Shown here in pieces: positions 36,067-49,200 of a stretch of 64,000 nucleotides of DNA (the stretch's first letter is position 1; every line of letters starts with the position of its first letter). Source of the DNA: Paraphysomonas bandaiensis (Eukaryota; Protista; Chrysophyceae). Both the position numbers and the translations under genes were made by a program. The stretch covers positions 1 to 64,000 of the forward strand of contig CBFFRP010000616.1 in NCBI GenBank assembly GCA_965644295.1, written 5' to 3'. The notes beneath the pieces are model-generated. The model searched no databases, had not been told where the DNA came from, and saw only the letters and a list, made by a program, of their open reading frames with translations.

Positions 36067-36385
36067 TGTTGAGTTCTGCTATATGAGAGCAATTGAAAGC
36101 TGTAGTTATAAGGTATTTAAATTACTGTATTATACAGTTGTAGTCTTGTTAATCGTATTGTGAGAATGAATGACGATAAGCACATAGCGGTAAAACGGAA
36201 TATTGTGACGATGCAAGTTGTAGTGACGATGTAAGATCGTCGTACGAGAAATGAGTGGTAGTGGAGACAACATGATATTGATGAATGATAAGAGACATTG
36301 ATTATAATTTATAATTCTCAGCTTTGAGTATAAGTTACCTTCTGTTGTTAAGTTAATACTTCTCATATAATGTCAAACCTTGACA
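36067..36385 (+). repeat. Copia-B 3' LTR
   Basis: Direct repeat of 30854-31172, followed by TSD CAGTA. Confidence 0.95.
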
Positions 36386-37047
36386 CAGTATCAGGCTGAG
36401 GTATCAGCGCAAAACAAAATTCAACTGATAAAGAAGAATCGAAATTACCTGGGGCTAGAGCTGACACTTCCTCGAGAAGGAAGAGTTATGGCATGAGCGA
36501 AATGACACGTTTGTTGCAATACGGATACGCAACACTTGACTGCTGAATATCTAAAATCAGGTCATGCTATACGTATCACGATGATCGTTGTGGCGGTGCT
36601 CAGCTTGTTCATAATAATAATTGCAATTACTATTTTTAAACCAAATAATTAAATATGCAACTCAATTGAATGATAATTATTTCCAATTAATGAGAAATCA
36701 TTGATCGTTACGCATGCTTGCTGTCTCTGGCCATAATTACTCAAGTAACGGTTAAAACCCTAAAAACCTTAAAAGACTGCTTTTAATTACTCAAAACAGT
36801 AAGACTTACCATTACTAACCATTCCACCTCACATTCCAAATAGTTTGGTGTATTACATTAATCAATTAACTAAATAAATGACTGCCGTAAGTACAGGGCA
36901 ATTCCTTGTAACATCATATCCTATGAATAATTAACCTTTCCAGCAACATAGAAAGCTAAAATACACGCAAACGGAACAGCGACACCCTTAACCAAGAGAT
37001 AACTACACTATGTTTACACAGCTATATACTTACTACCTCATGTGTTC

Positions 37048-40000
37048 TTATATTTTGTTCCACGAGAAGAGTGCTGAGGTATTGTGTTTAGCATCTGCGT
37101 CCATGTAGGGGTCCTCTTCCTCGGGGGTCATAGCGCGAGTAGGATTAGGTAAAGAAACTGACCCCGAGTGTGTGCTACTATCGGGTATGCGAGTGTGACT
37201 TCCTCTACCGTCACGGGCCTCCGCATACGGCTCATACACTCTTGTGTAAAGAATAAAGGCAGCGAATGCAGCCATGCCAGCGAGAGCAATCACGAGGACG
37301 TATTTTCCTACCACACCAAGCACCATGACACTGTTGGCCTCTCCAGAAGAGCTGCTGGTGGCCGTCGAGGGGTTACGCACATCACTCTGCTGGTTCTCAT
37401 TGGGTGAAGAGCTGTACGTTCCGTGGTCTATAAACGACACGGTCGTCACCTGAAGATCTTGTAAAGTCGCCGCAATGCTAGGAGAGCGCAACAAGTCGTC
37501 CCCAACAACCTCTTCGGGAAGGGCCTGAAGATCATTCTGAACCATGCCAACAAAAGATCCACTGGAAAAGGAATTACCGATTGTAATTTTCATCTGCTCA
37601 AGAAGGTTCTCCACATTGGTAGCCATTGCACCATCGAGCCCGTGTTCCTCGGCAACCATCTCAGCATGCAGTGTAAGTAGCAGACTGTCAGTACTTCCCT
37701 CAGGTACAGTCACCGCCGTAAGAGTGACGCCGTGTGAGTCAAAAAACATACGGGAAATCTCCCTCTCAAGGAACGCTGTGTCACGGGAAGGAAGCACTTG
37801 AATAGAGGTTGCGCTGCCGGCTGCCATTCCCACAGGGAGGTTAACACCCGAAATAAGAACAGTCACAGAGAAGCCCACGACAGTGTCATAGCCATGAGTG
37901 CAGAAGTCCTCCGCTGTAAGACGACCGCCAGGAATACATTTACCAGCCCGCATGCTGAATTCCATTTCATCACCTAAGACTCCTTCTTCACCACAAAATT
38001 TCCAGGAGGATGCCTCGCCATCTTCAGTGCGCTCAAAACCAGCAACTCTGAACACAAAGTCGCCGTGGTGTGGAAGGATCTCCTCGCAGAGCTCCATGCT
38101 TCTGTCGCCTTTGCATATGGTGCCAGTTTTGATCAGCTTTGTGCGCTCCGAATTCATAATGTAGTAGTTAGGATGCGTAAATAGGTCGGGGATCTCAATG
38201 GAGTCCTCAGCACCAAGCTCCTCACTATCACACCAGTCTTCTGATCCAGCACCATCATACCACCCATTGCCTAGTGCGTCAAAAAGCTGAACATTTACAG
38301 GCACAGGATGAGGCTTAGGTTTAGCACCACCATTTCCTGCATTTCTCCCATCAGATTCATCTCCACTGGATTCATCACCATTGGCGCTATCATCAGTGGA
38401 GTTCCTGTTGCTTCCATCAGATCCAGACCCGCCCTTGCTTGGAGGGGATGGACCAGGTTTGGGTTTCGGCTTGGGATGGTGGCATTCATGGCATTGGTTC
38501 TCATCGTCACTAGGGTCTGTGCTGAGCATGCCGTCTGTAAAAATCACTGAATCGTATCGCACTTGTAACACAGAGTCGGCATCGCCGTACCAGGTCTTGT
38601 TTCGTACGTCAACTTGCCAAAGAACCTCCCAAGGAGTTATTGCGTCCTCTCCATAGGAAGTGGTTTCAATGCGAATATTACACTGCTGAGCAACAACAGT
38701 AACAACATCACACGAGCAATTCAGAGAGTGGAAGGTACTTTCACCGTTGACAGTCACATTTAGGTCAACATTTACCCATCCGTCCCCAAACAGGTCAACG
38801 ATGAGAATTTCGTAAGTACATTGAAGATCCCCAATAGTTGGAGAAAGAGTTGGTGAAGCAGTGGGACCCGAAGTCGGTGAGGCAGTTGGAGAAAACGTTG
38901 GGCTTGCAGTAGGGGAAAATGTTGGAGCCGATGATGTTGGAACACTAGTTGGATCAGTGTTCGTAGGTTGGATGGTTGGTGTTTCTGTAGGATTAGGAGT
39001 GGGGGAGAGCGTGGGATTTGCAGAGGGAGCAAATGTAGGAGAAACGGTAGGACTAGCAGAAGGTGCAAAGGAAGGCTCGACAGAGGGAGCGCCTGTATCA
39101 ACTGCGGAGTTGAAGCGTACCCAACACACAAAAGAGCTTTGGTTGAGGGTTTCGCCCACCACAATTACACCTGCATGTTCATTTGACGTATGTTCCGTCT
39201 GCTCTGATGCGCACTGATCTTCCTGGGTAATGATATATGCATCTGTGACAGTCCTATTAAATACTCTGAGGGCGGTGGAGTCTGTAAATGAAGTGTGAGT
39301 AACTAGAACCCCAAAAACTCCTGGGGGATATCTATACTCGAAGAAGAAATTCTGTAATAGCGGGTTACTTGTGACTGATAAGAAACGATTTGTTTCAAAA
39401 GTCATCCTCTCAGCACAGCTGACGTGCATGCCAACAGGGAAAGCCATATATCCGGCAGTCTCAGGATTTGGAAAATTAAAATAAGCATCATCTAAGGAGT
39501 CGTGTGTAGAGAGTACCATTTGAATATCTTTTCGACGTAGTCGGGACACACGTAAAAAGAGGTACGTGTCGTACACTAGAGACTGTAGGGTAGTGACAGC
39601 ACTGATATCTGTAAGATCAAGGGTCTGAGGAAAAACACAAGCTGCGGAGGGGTCAGAAGGTGTACATCCAGACGGAAAAGAAAAGGTCACAAGGTCCTCG
39701 GAGGTCTTGTTGAGCTCTGGATCTGTCCGACTGAGCTCTCCAGTCCCAACAAAAATCTGCGATCCATTGACCTCGAACGCTCCCTTATGCACCACAATCC
39801 AAGCAATCTCTAGAGGATTCTTAATAGTTGTGGGAATAGTCCACTCCTTGCTACAGAAAGAATCGTTGGGTAAAAACATCTACGAATTACACCCGTTAGT
39901 CCAAAACACTATACAGTAAAATATATCTATATATATGTGTATGGTTATATATGTGTGTATAGCTGGATGGTTATATATGTATGTGTGTGTGTATATATGT

Positions 40001-40546
40001 GTGTATAGCTGGATGGTTATATATGTATGTGTGTGTGTATATATGTGTGTATAGCTGGATGGTTATATATGTATGTGTGTGTGTATATATGTGTGTATAG
40101 CTGGATGGTTATATATGTATGTGTGTGTGTATATATGTGTGTATAGCTGGATGGTTATATATGTATGTGTGTGTGTATATATGTGTGTATAGCTGGATGG
40201 TTATATATGTATGTGTGTATGGTAGTATGGTCACCTTGGCCTCAAATGTAACACTCCCATTAATATTCTCGATATTCCTGAGTCGCAGAGCAGTCGCTCT
40301 ACCGTCCTCATGAGTGTTTCCCTGTATATCCGGTAGACTCGTGAGGACCACTGAATTATTCACAACAAAGTCATCTGATTTGGTCGTTACTCTGACCCAA
40401 TCCCTGTCCGTCAAATAAATGAAACCGGTCTCAAGCCAGATGTAATCAATAGCAGTTCTGTTGTTGGTAAGATCATATATCTGACCGTATGATGGGGTGA
40501 TATGGATAGCTGTGAGAGATAACAACAACAACACACGATCTATCAT
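37048..40546 (-). CDS. Type I membrane / cell-surface protein with signal peptide, repeated beta-rich modules, PT-rich stalk and C-terminal TM helix
   Basis: Exon 1 40546-40235 begins MIDRVLLLLSLTAIHITPSYG. Phase-0 intron 39880-40234. Exon 2 39879-37048 has (PTASPTFS)-type repeats, DLFGDGW/DALGNGW motifs and the TM segment YVLVIALAGMAAFAAFILY. Confidence 0.85.
39940..40220. repeat. Intronic 46-bp minisatellite, about 6 copies
   Basis: AGCTGGATGGTTATATATGTATGTGTGTGTGTATATATGTGTGTAT recurs at 39961, 40007, 40053, 40099, 40145 and 40191. Confidence 0.95.
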
Positions 40547-41068
40547 CTTATATATAGAGATAGACGTACTCAACACCTCTATACACTGTAAGTGCTAATC
40601 CAATTCGAATACTCTCACCACTTGACGAGGAGAGATTTTACTGGCTAATGAGACGAACTTCACTGCACTTTGTTTTTAATGGGACTTCTAGTATATATCA
40701 TACACTGGCTACCTGCAGCCTCATACCATGTACGTACCCTGGCACAAATGCCTACAAAAATTGAAGTCCAGGGTTTGAAGAGGGTGGGGATACCTGCCAC
40801 TTTGAAGGGATATCAGATAATACTGTTTGTATACCGTCGTATATTCTTCAGATGTATTCCAGTAGAATCATATCTTGAAGAGATAGTTTTCAGTTTCCAT
40901 ATTTTTGTTTACAGTAACTGTACAGCAGTTCGTGTCTGCAAATGTACTTTAAAGTGCATTGAATCCAACGTCAACACTCCCGCCTCCTTAACACTCGTTT
41001 CGTTGCATGCCTTGCATTATCTGTGTTTGAGTGTATCATATCTTGCAATATATCAAGAGGTAGCTGCA

Positions 41069-42039
41069 ATGCGTCTCACTGCTGATGTTCTACTGGTACG
41101 ATGCCTGCAAATATCTTCCAGTGGACTGCCGATTAAATAATTAATTCATACAGAGAGCAGAGAGTTATCTCAATCCTGTCAAAGAGCGAGAATTGTATTT
41201 AAGAGGTGATTGAGTATAGGATGAAGCGTTTCTTAACATCTGCTGCTCAGGATTCAAGATTCCTGCTATCGAAAACTTCAGTATCTTGCAGGTTTGCAGT
41301 GACTGTTAATTTAATATCAATCTTAACCATAACGTGTAAATATAGGACCAGTTTGATGTAATTGACTTATCTGATAATGAAGTGCGCATTCTGGACAATT
41401 TCCCTCGTATGCGACGACTGTCAACTCTGTTGGTGAACAATAATTATGTTTTCCGTGTTGGCAGTATAGGAGAAAACCTTCCACAACTTACCACTTTAGT
41501 TCTTACCAACAATAGAATAGCTAATCTTTCTGAGATAGACAACATAGCGTCCCTTAAAAAATTAGAGAGTCTGAGTTTGATGGACAATCCCGTCACTCAA
41601 CGGCCACATTATAGACTTTACACCATCCATAAAATGCCCCACCTGAATCTGCTGGACTTCGTCAAAGTGACTAGAGTGGAGCGTGAGGCTGCTGCTAGTC
41701 TCTTCGCTAGTTCGGAAGGTCATGGGGTACTGACGAGTGTACAGAAAGAACATCAAGCGGCGCAACAGGAGGAGCAACAGGCAAGGATGAGTGCAGCCTC
41801 CCGCTTGACGGAGAGCCAAAGAGAACAAGTACGTCGTGCAATTGAGAGTGCGACCACACGGGAGGAGATGGACAGGATCGAAAAACAGCTCAAGGTAAGT
41901 GGAGTATATATGTATATATCTCGCCCTTTGATAGACCATTAATTCGACCTTCCCCATACAGACTGGCACTTTTGAGTTCGCGGATAAAGAAACGAGCAGC
42001 GGTCAAGTGGATTCGGCCACCTCAAACGGGAAGTTATAA
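41069..42039 (+). CDS. SNRPA1: U2 snRNP protein A' (LRR protein), 5 exons
   Basis: Spliced translation MRLTADVLL|RAESYLNPVKERELYLRG|FKIPAIENFSILQ|DQFDVIDLSDNEVRILDNFP..NPVTQRPHYRLYTIH..LLDFVKV..|TGTFEF..KL* matches the U2A' family. Confidence 0.93.
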
Positions 42040-42472
42040 TCCCTCTTTTCATAGGTTGCTAGGAGAGCCACTCAGACCGTATTGCACTGTGGCTGCTGAT
42101 TATTTCGAATCTCTTGAGATATGTCATTTTCCGTTCTGTGTGTTGAGTCACTGAAATAGCAAAGCTATGTAGTGTTATACATTATGATTAATGTAACCAA
42201 GTTTTAGGCTACTGCTAAGTAGACAAGAGTGTTATTTTCTTCATATTGGCACTACTCTGTACCTTATAAGCACACAAACATGGTAATCAATACATAAAAA
42301 AGTCGAGGGAGAAGAGGAGGCAGGCCAGCTTTAATCACCTTCCAGCTTATTGAGGGAAGCTTTCTCCTTAATAATTTGCTATAACATTTACTTACTTTAT
42401 ATATTATTCAGCAGGGCCAGGTAAAAATATATTGGATTGCAATATATTGCAATATAAATATTTCATACCTAC

Positions 42473-45400
42473 TGTTAGCTTTGGACATTTCACTGAAGTT
42501 AACTTTGCTCTACGCGTAAACCGTAACCTTGCTGTTGAACACAATGCACTTTCAAGTAAGAAATTATAATTATTATTCTGAACACTTCACTACATATTCG
42601 TGTAACATATGTTGAAACATCTGTTCCCAGCAACACCTGTTTATCATATGTTCATCAGTCAGTTCTATATCTTGTATAGTCACACATCAGTAACTGAATT
42701 TAATTCCTTTGTAACTATAATCACCCGTTACACCTATGAGTTGACTTTACCTATTGCACACTGTTAACTCACTTCAATTGCACAATATATATCACATCAT
42801 ATTGCAGAACTCAACACTCCCACTCAATTGGATGTAGTTAACCATTCTAAAATATGTGAAGAACATTGCTATCGGATACGCAACCACCGAACCTCATAGG
42901 ACACTGGTGGACGTATGACTCCGCTGGTATAGCTAGCTCCCACCATTCAGTAACACCTAACTAGGTACGACGAGCTCTCTTTACCTTGGGTACCTCTGCG
43001 ATAATTTGTTCAGTAGTCTTAAATTTTTCCCCAAGATTTCGCTCCCTCTGTTCAATGAATATTGGACCTCTCAAAGCCTTGGTATATATATCAGCCATCT
43101 GTTGTCGACTGCTCACATGAATTAATTTCGCTGTATTAAACTGTTCGGGATCCACATGCTCTCTAATCATATGATACTTAATCTCAATATGTTTCGATCG
43201 TTGATGTTGCACTGGATTTTCCGATATATCCTGAGCACTTTGACTATCCAGGAATAATGGTGTGGGCTCGTCAATTTTCAATCCTACTTCACCAGTCACC
43301 CCCCGAGACCATATCATTTCCTGTAATCCATTATATAAGCATTGATACTCTGCTTGCATAGTCGATGTAGCTACAGTAGACTGAAGTTTGGAACCCCACG
43401 ATAGTGGTCCACCAGCTCCAAACATAACATAACCTGAAGTTGATCTCCTCGTCAACGGATCGCCTGCCCAGTCAGCATCAGTGAACATATGAAGATCAAA
43501 ATCTCTCCCTCTATAATGAATGCCTTTATCTGTAGTACCTCGTACATACTGCATTAAATACATCAGGAGCTTACATACAGTGATATTAACTTTCGTTGAG
43601 AATCGTGACAATACTCCCACTGCATATGAGATATCCGGCCTTGTATTCATAGATAAATAGAGTAACGCTCCTAGGAGTGGACGATAGGGAAAATTATCAA
43701 CTAACTTCTGCTCCTCAGCTGAATGCACATGTTCCACTCCCACTTTGACATCACTAGGTAGTGGGTATAGCCGCGTCTTGTCCCTTGCACCCAGAAAATC
43801 CACATACTTCACCAATATCTTTTTGATGAACACTGTCTGGTCAAGTTTGAGACAATTCGGAGTTCTCGTCACTCTCACGTTCAAAAAAACTGGCCACTCT
43901 CATTCATATCTGTAATATCAAACCTTTCACATACTCGTCGCTTAATTTCCAAAATAATATTCGTATCTCGACATGCTCTCAGCATATTATCATCATGACT
44001 GTGGTGAGCTTCGAAGACCATATAAACTTTTCTTCAGTTTAAAGCAATATCCTGGTGGCAATTTGAAATCTGCTGGTGTTGCATACTTATACACACATCT
44101 CCTTTTATATCTGCATATACAAGAATGCATTAGATACGTCGAGTTGATGCACCACCATATTCATAACAAACGCGATAGCTAATAGCAATCTTACTGTTAC
44201 CGCTTTTACCACTGGAGTATAATTGTTGGCTCTACCAACCTCATGGCCTCCGCATCCAAGTACCACAAGTCTTGCTTTCTATCGTGGAATCGCACCCTCC
44301 TTGTTGCGTTTCAAAGCAAAGACATACTCAGGATTCCAATTGCAGTGACACTGGGGTAGGGATGATGGGCTTAACTTCCATTACTTCCCTTCGTTCCAGT
44401 CTGTCACGCTCAGCCTGTCTTGCTGTCAATGGAGTGACACTGGGGTAGGTATGGGCTTAACTTCCATTACTTCCCTTCGTTCCAGTTCGTCACATTCAGC
44501 CTGGCTGAACTCCATTGCTTCCGTTCCGGCAACTCCAAGGATTCGGAATATGTCTGAGGCACCTTAGGTCCCGCTGACGAGCACCAGATGGAATCTGCCT
44601 CCTCTAGTAGGCTGCACTCCACTTCGTCACACGAAGGTAATACGTGCTTCTCCCCTACTACTGACACATTCGTCACCACCCTTGGAGCCCTTGTGCGCCT
44701 GCCCCTAGTTGAGCGATCTGATGGAGCTTCCTCTCCCGGAGCACTTACGAAGTCAGAAGGGGATGGAACCGTCCCAGTCAACTGCTGTAATAAATGTCCG
44801 CTGGTCCCGTCGTCACGAGATCCAGAACTAGCAGATACTCTTGTCACAAGGTCTTCACTCATCCGCGATGATGTGAATAGGAGTCTTAACTTCCAGTTGC
44901 TCCTCACCACCTGACATCAGGGATCTATATCCCACAGTTAGACCTCTTTCCGAATCTATATTCGCGTGGTCTTGTTGTACAGTTGGCCGCCATCTTCACA
45001 TGGGTTTTGTCGATAACACTCCTCCCTGAGGAACCACTGCCACCGTGGCTTAGTCCATTTCTCGGTAGTAATCAGCCGATCTCTAGGGCACTGATACATC
45101 AAACAGGACATGAACAGACGTGACTATTGTATCTCCTACTATCAACACTTGATACCCCATCTGCTCGTTGGGAAACCCACAAAATATCCTGTTTGTGCCT
45201 TTTCCTCCCAGTCTTTCCGTCTATCGGCCTTCGGGACTAATACATACGCCTTGCACCCCCATTTCCTCTCAACCAGGATAACTCGGGCACCTTTCCTCCC
45301 AGGAATACACTCATAAGGCAACATCCACTAACTTTACTGTCCTCCTTGGCATTTTCCTCCATTACATGATGGCATGATGACGTAATAATAGGCTAATTCA

Positions 45401-46640
45401 AAACGTCATAATATTATATAGTGCCTCCCATGGCATTCCTCCATGCTCATCATAGTCTCCAGCCAGCACCTCTCTACCAGTGTTTAACTCTACAATTCTC
45501 GGTACTCTAAGTAGTTCCAATCCACACACCAGTGCCCGCAGCATTCCGCCTGAGACAATATTCTTCACCGCATCTTCACATACTTTGATGCCTTCTCTTT
45601 TGCCAGTGTTGAAAGCTTCCTACTCCTTGAGTCTCCATTGCTGACCCCTTCTTCGTCAGAGATATGACTCCTGGCTCTGCTTCATATTTCTCTAGCACTC
45701 TATGATCTTTAACAACAATGAATAGCTGCTTTCCGGCACAACTGTCTAGATACACTCGTTGGTCTACTGTTTCAGTCATAAGCACTTCACCATCTATCAT
45801 ATTGGACTCCCCTCCAGATGAGACATCATCATCTTCATATTAGCACCATTCCGCCGATGAACTCCGTCTCTGTCTCTGTTCATGTGTATGTTCAGCACTC
45901 TCTGCTCGTTAACTATGAACAGCTGCACTGCTCTGCTGCTCTGCTCAGTGTACAAGGCAGTTTTAGTAGAAAATACATTTCAGCCTATCAATCTCTATTT
46001 CGACCATATCATTGGCCAATATTTACAAGCTGGTATTTCGCTGTAGTCTTTTGGAGTACTACTCCCAACTCACTCCTAGACCTATCCACAAGCGTTTGAA
46101 GCATATGATTGGACAAAACCTCCTTATTCGGATCATCGTCTGGTAGTCGCCTCCATGTATCGGCTGGCACCCTCCAATACATCTGCGTCATGTTCACATG
46201 CCTCCCAAATCGTTACAACACACGTGTCGTTTCACTTGTCAAACTTCAGCACCTTGCTGTCCTCCTTCGCCTCATCAGAGCTACCACTCGCTACCATGTT
46301 AGCTTTGGACATTTCACTGAAGTTAACTTTGCTCTACGCGTAAACCGTAACCTTGCTGTTGAACACAATGCACTTTCAAGTAAGAAATTATAATTATTAT
46401 TCTGAACACTTCACTACATATTCGTGTAACATATGTTGAAACATCTGTTCCCAGCAACACCTGTTTATCATATGTTCATCAGTCAGTTCTATATCTTGTA
46501 TAGTCACACATCAGTAACTGAATTTAATTCCTTTGTAACTATAATCACCCGTTACACCTATGAGTTGACTTTACCTATTGCACACTGTTAACTCACTTCA
46601 ATTGCACAATATATATCACATCATATTGCAGAACTCAACA
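42473..46640 (-). mobile_element. Internally decayed Ty1/copia element (Copia-C) with identical LTRs
   Basis: 344-bp LTRs (42473-42816, 46297-46640), TSD CCTAC, PBS TGGTAGCGAG (46296-46287) and PPT. Gag, PR, IN and 5' RT are fragmented. The RT-end/RNase H ORF at 42961-43884 is open (DADWAG, SKHIEIKYH). Confidence 0.93.
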
Positions 46641-46973
46641 CCTACAACAAAGAAAGTTATTCATGTTCAATATTAGAATTTGTACTGTATCTGCCAAGCT
46701 ATTCACTAAATAGTAAACTCCAAACAGCTTAAATTGATGCTGCCATCCTCGTATAAATATGTTCTTCTTGTGATATGTAATAGAATGCCAGTCTAAACAG
46801 TCAATAAGCAAGATGCCAGTAAAATGATCGTCATATCCGCCCAAACTATTATACTAAACTATTACTTTACAATATACGGTCCCAAACTATTTGGCCGTTA
46901 TATCTTTCATATTTATTGTGTACAATATGTATGTGAACTGGCGAAGAAATTGTTTGCTATTATTACTTTGACA

Positions 46974-47940
46974 GTCTCACTGCTGATGTTCTACTGGTAC
47001 GATGCCTGCAAATATCTTCCAGTGGACTGCCGATTAAATAATTAATTCATACAGAGAGCAGAGAGTTATCTCAATCCTGTCAAAGAGCGAGAATTGTATT
47101 TAAGAGGTGATTGAGTATAGGATGAAGCGTTTCTTAACATCTGCTGCTCAGGATTCAAGATTCCTGCTATCGAAAACTTCAGTATCTTGCAGGTTTGCAG
47201 TGACTGTTAATTTAATATCAATCTTAACCATAACGTGTAAATATAGGACCAGTTTGATGTAATTGACTTATCTGATAATGAAGTGCGCATTCTGGACAAT
47301 TTCCCTCGTATGCGACGACTGTCAACTCTGTTGGTGAACAATAATTATGTTTTCCGTGTTGGCAGTATAGGAGAAAACCTTCCACAACTTACCACTTTAG
47401 TTCTTACCAACAATAGAATAGCTAATCTTTCTGAGATAGACAACATAGCGTCCCTTAAAAAATTAGAGAGTCTGAGTTTGATGGACAATCCCGTCACTCA
47501 ACGGCCACATTATAGACTTTACACCATCCATAAAATGCCCCACCTGAATCTGCTGGACTTCGTCAAAGTGACTAGAGTGGAGCGTGAGGCTGCTGCTAGT
47601 CTCTTCGCTAGTTCGGAAGGTCATGGGGTACTGACGAGTGTACAGAAAGAACATCAAGCGGCGCAACAGGAGGAGCAACAGGCAAGGATGAGTGCAGCCT
47701 CCCGCTTGACGGAGAGCCAAAGAGAACAAGTACGTCGTGCAATTGAGAGTGCGACCACACGGGAGGAGATGGACAGGATCGAAAAACAGCTCAAGGTAAG
47801 TGGAGTATATATGTATATATCTCGCCCTTTGATAGACCATTAATTCGACCTTCCCCATACAGACTGGCACTTTTGAGTTCGCGGATAAAGAAACGAGCAG
47901 CGGTCAAGTGGATTCGGCCACCTCAAACGGGAAGTTATAA
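46974..47940 (+). pseudogene. SNRPA1: U2A' duplicate lacking promoter and start codon
   Basis: Same sequence as 41073-42039 but begins 4 nt downstream of the A of the ATG. Confidence 0.8.
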
Positions 47941-49019
47941 TCCCTCTTTTCATAGGTTGCTAGGAGAGCCACTCAGACCGTATTGCACTGTGGCTGCTGA
48001 TTATTTCGAATCTCTTGAGATATGTCATTTTCCGTTCTGTGTGTTGAGTCACTGAAATAGCAAAGCTATGTAGTGTTATACATTATGATTAATGTAACCA
48101 AGTTTTAGGCTACTGCTAAGTAGACAAGAGTGTTATTTTCTTCATATTGGCACTACTCTGTACCTTATAAGCACACAAACATGGTAATCAATACATAAAA
48201 AAGTCGAGGGAGAAGAGGAGGCAGGCCAGCTTTAATCACCTTCCAGCTTATTGAGGGAAGCTTTCTCCTTAATAATTTGCTATAACATTTACTTACTTTA
48301 TATATTATTCAGCAGGGCCAGGTAAAAATATATTGGATTGCAATATATTGCAATATAAATATTTCATACCTACAACAAAGAAAGTTATTCATGTTCAATA
48401 TTAGAATTTGTACTGTATCTGCCAAGCTATTCACTAAATAGTAAACTCCAAACAGCTTAAATTGATGCTGCCATCCTCGTATAAATATGTTCTTCTTGTG
48501 ATATGTAATAGAATGCCAGTCTAAACAGTCAATAAGCAAGATGCCAGTAAAATGATCGTCATATCCGCCCAAACTATTATACTAAACTATTACTTTACAA
48601 TATACGGTCCCAAACTATTTGGCCGTTATATCTTTCATATTTATTGTGTACAATATGTATGTGAACTGGCGAAGAAATTGTTTGCTATTATTACTTTGAC
48701 AGTATAGTTCAGTGAATTTACTATCCATCTCTGCTCATGATATGCTTTGATCGACTCATTCATCTGATTTCATTGTTTCATTAAGTAAATATTTCGTTTG
48801 AGCTGATCACTGGATAGTGCCATCAAAGTGGCAAATGTAAGAAACGCTGCTGCTGCTTTTGAAAGCCACAGAGCTAGCAAGAAGTAACGACGACAGCTTG
48901 ATACCAAGTAGCGATCGACAAAGCACGCTAGTTATTAGCTAGTCTATAGACATAAACTAGTTTCTGTACGCAACCGTACTCATGTAATCATCAGACTTTT
49001 ATAAATCGACAAAGCACAT

Positions 49020-49200
49020 ATACAGTACAACAATCGTTGTGGAGCGTTTGTTCAGCAGAGCCAAGATTGTCATGACACACTTGCGACAAGGAATGACCCC
49101 ACGACGCCTTGAACTGCTGTTTCTTTGCTTCAGCAAACACTTGTGGACCGCAAAGATAGTGCAACAGGTCATTGATCATGGCCGTCTGATCAGGACGAGA
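49020..49200 (+). mobile_element. hAT transposase remnant (C-terminal dimerisation domain)
   Basis: VERLFSRAKIVMTHLRQGMTPRRLELLFL..LW matches the hAT dimerisation signature ERLFS. Confidence 0.7.

Larger units (their letters stand above)
30854..36385 (+). mobile_element. Intact Ty1/copia LTR retrotransposon (Copia-B)
   Basis: 319-bp TG..CA LTRs (30854-31172, 36067-36385) that look identical. TSD CAGTA, PBS TGGTAGCAGA at 31173, PPT TTGAGAGGGAG. Confidence 0.97.
41073..48703 (+). repeat. Tandem duplication of a 1728-bp unit; copy 1 is interrupted by Copia-C, copy 2 spans 46974-48703
   Basis: Constant 5901-bp offset between the copies upstream of the insertion, and the copies look identical. 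The junction TTTGACA-GT-CTCACT has 2-bp microhomology. Confidence 0.93.

Noticed and set aside
41562-41969. Antisense ORFs over U2A', TOR and the gag-pol genes
   Set aside because: They are shadow frames of well-supported genes on the opposite strand.
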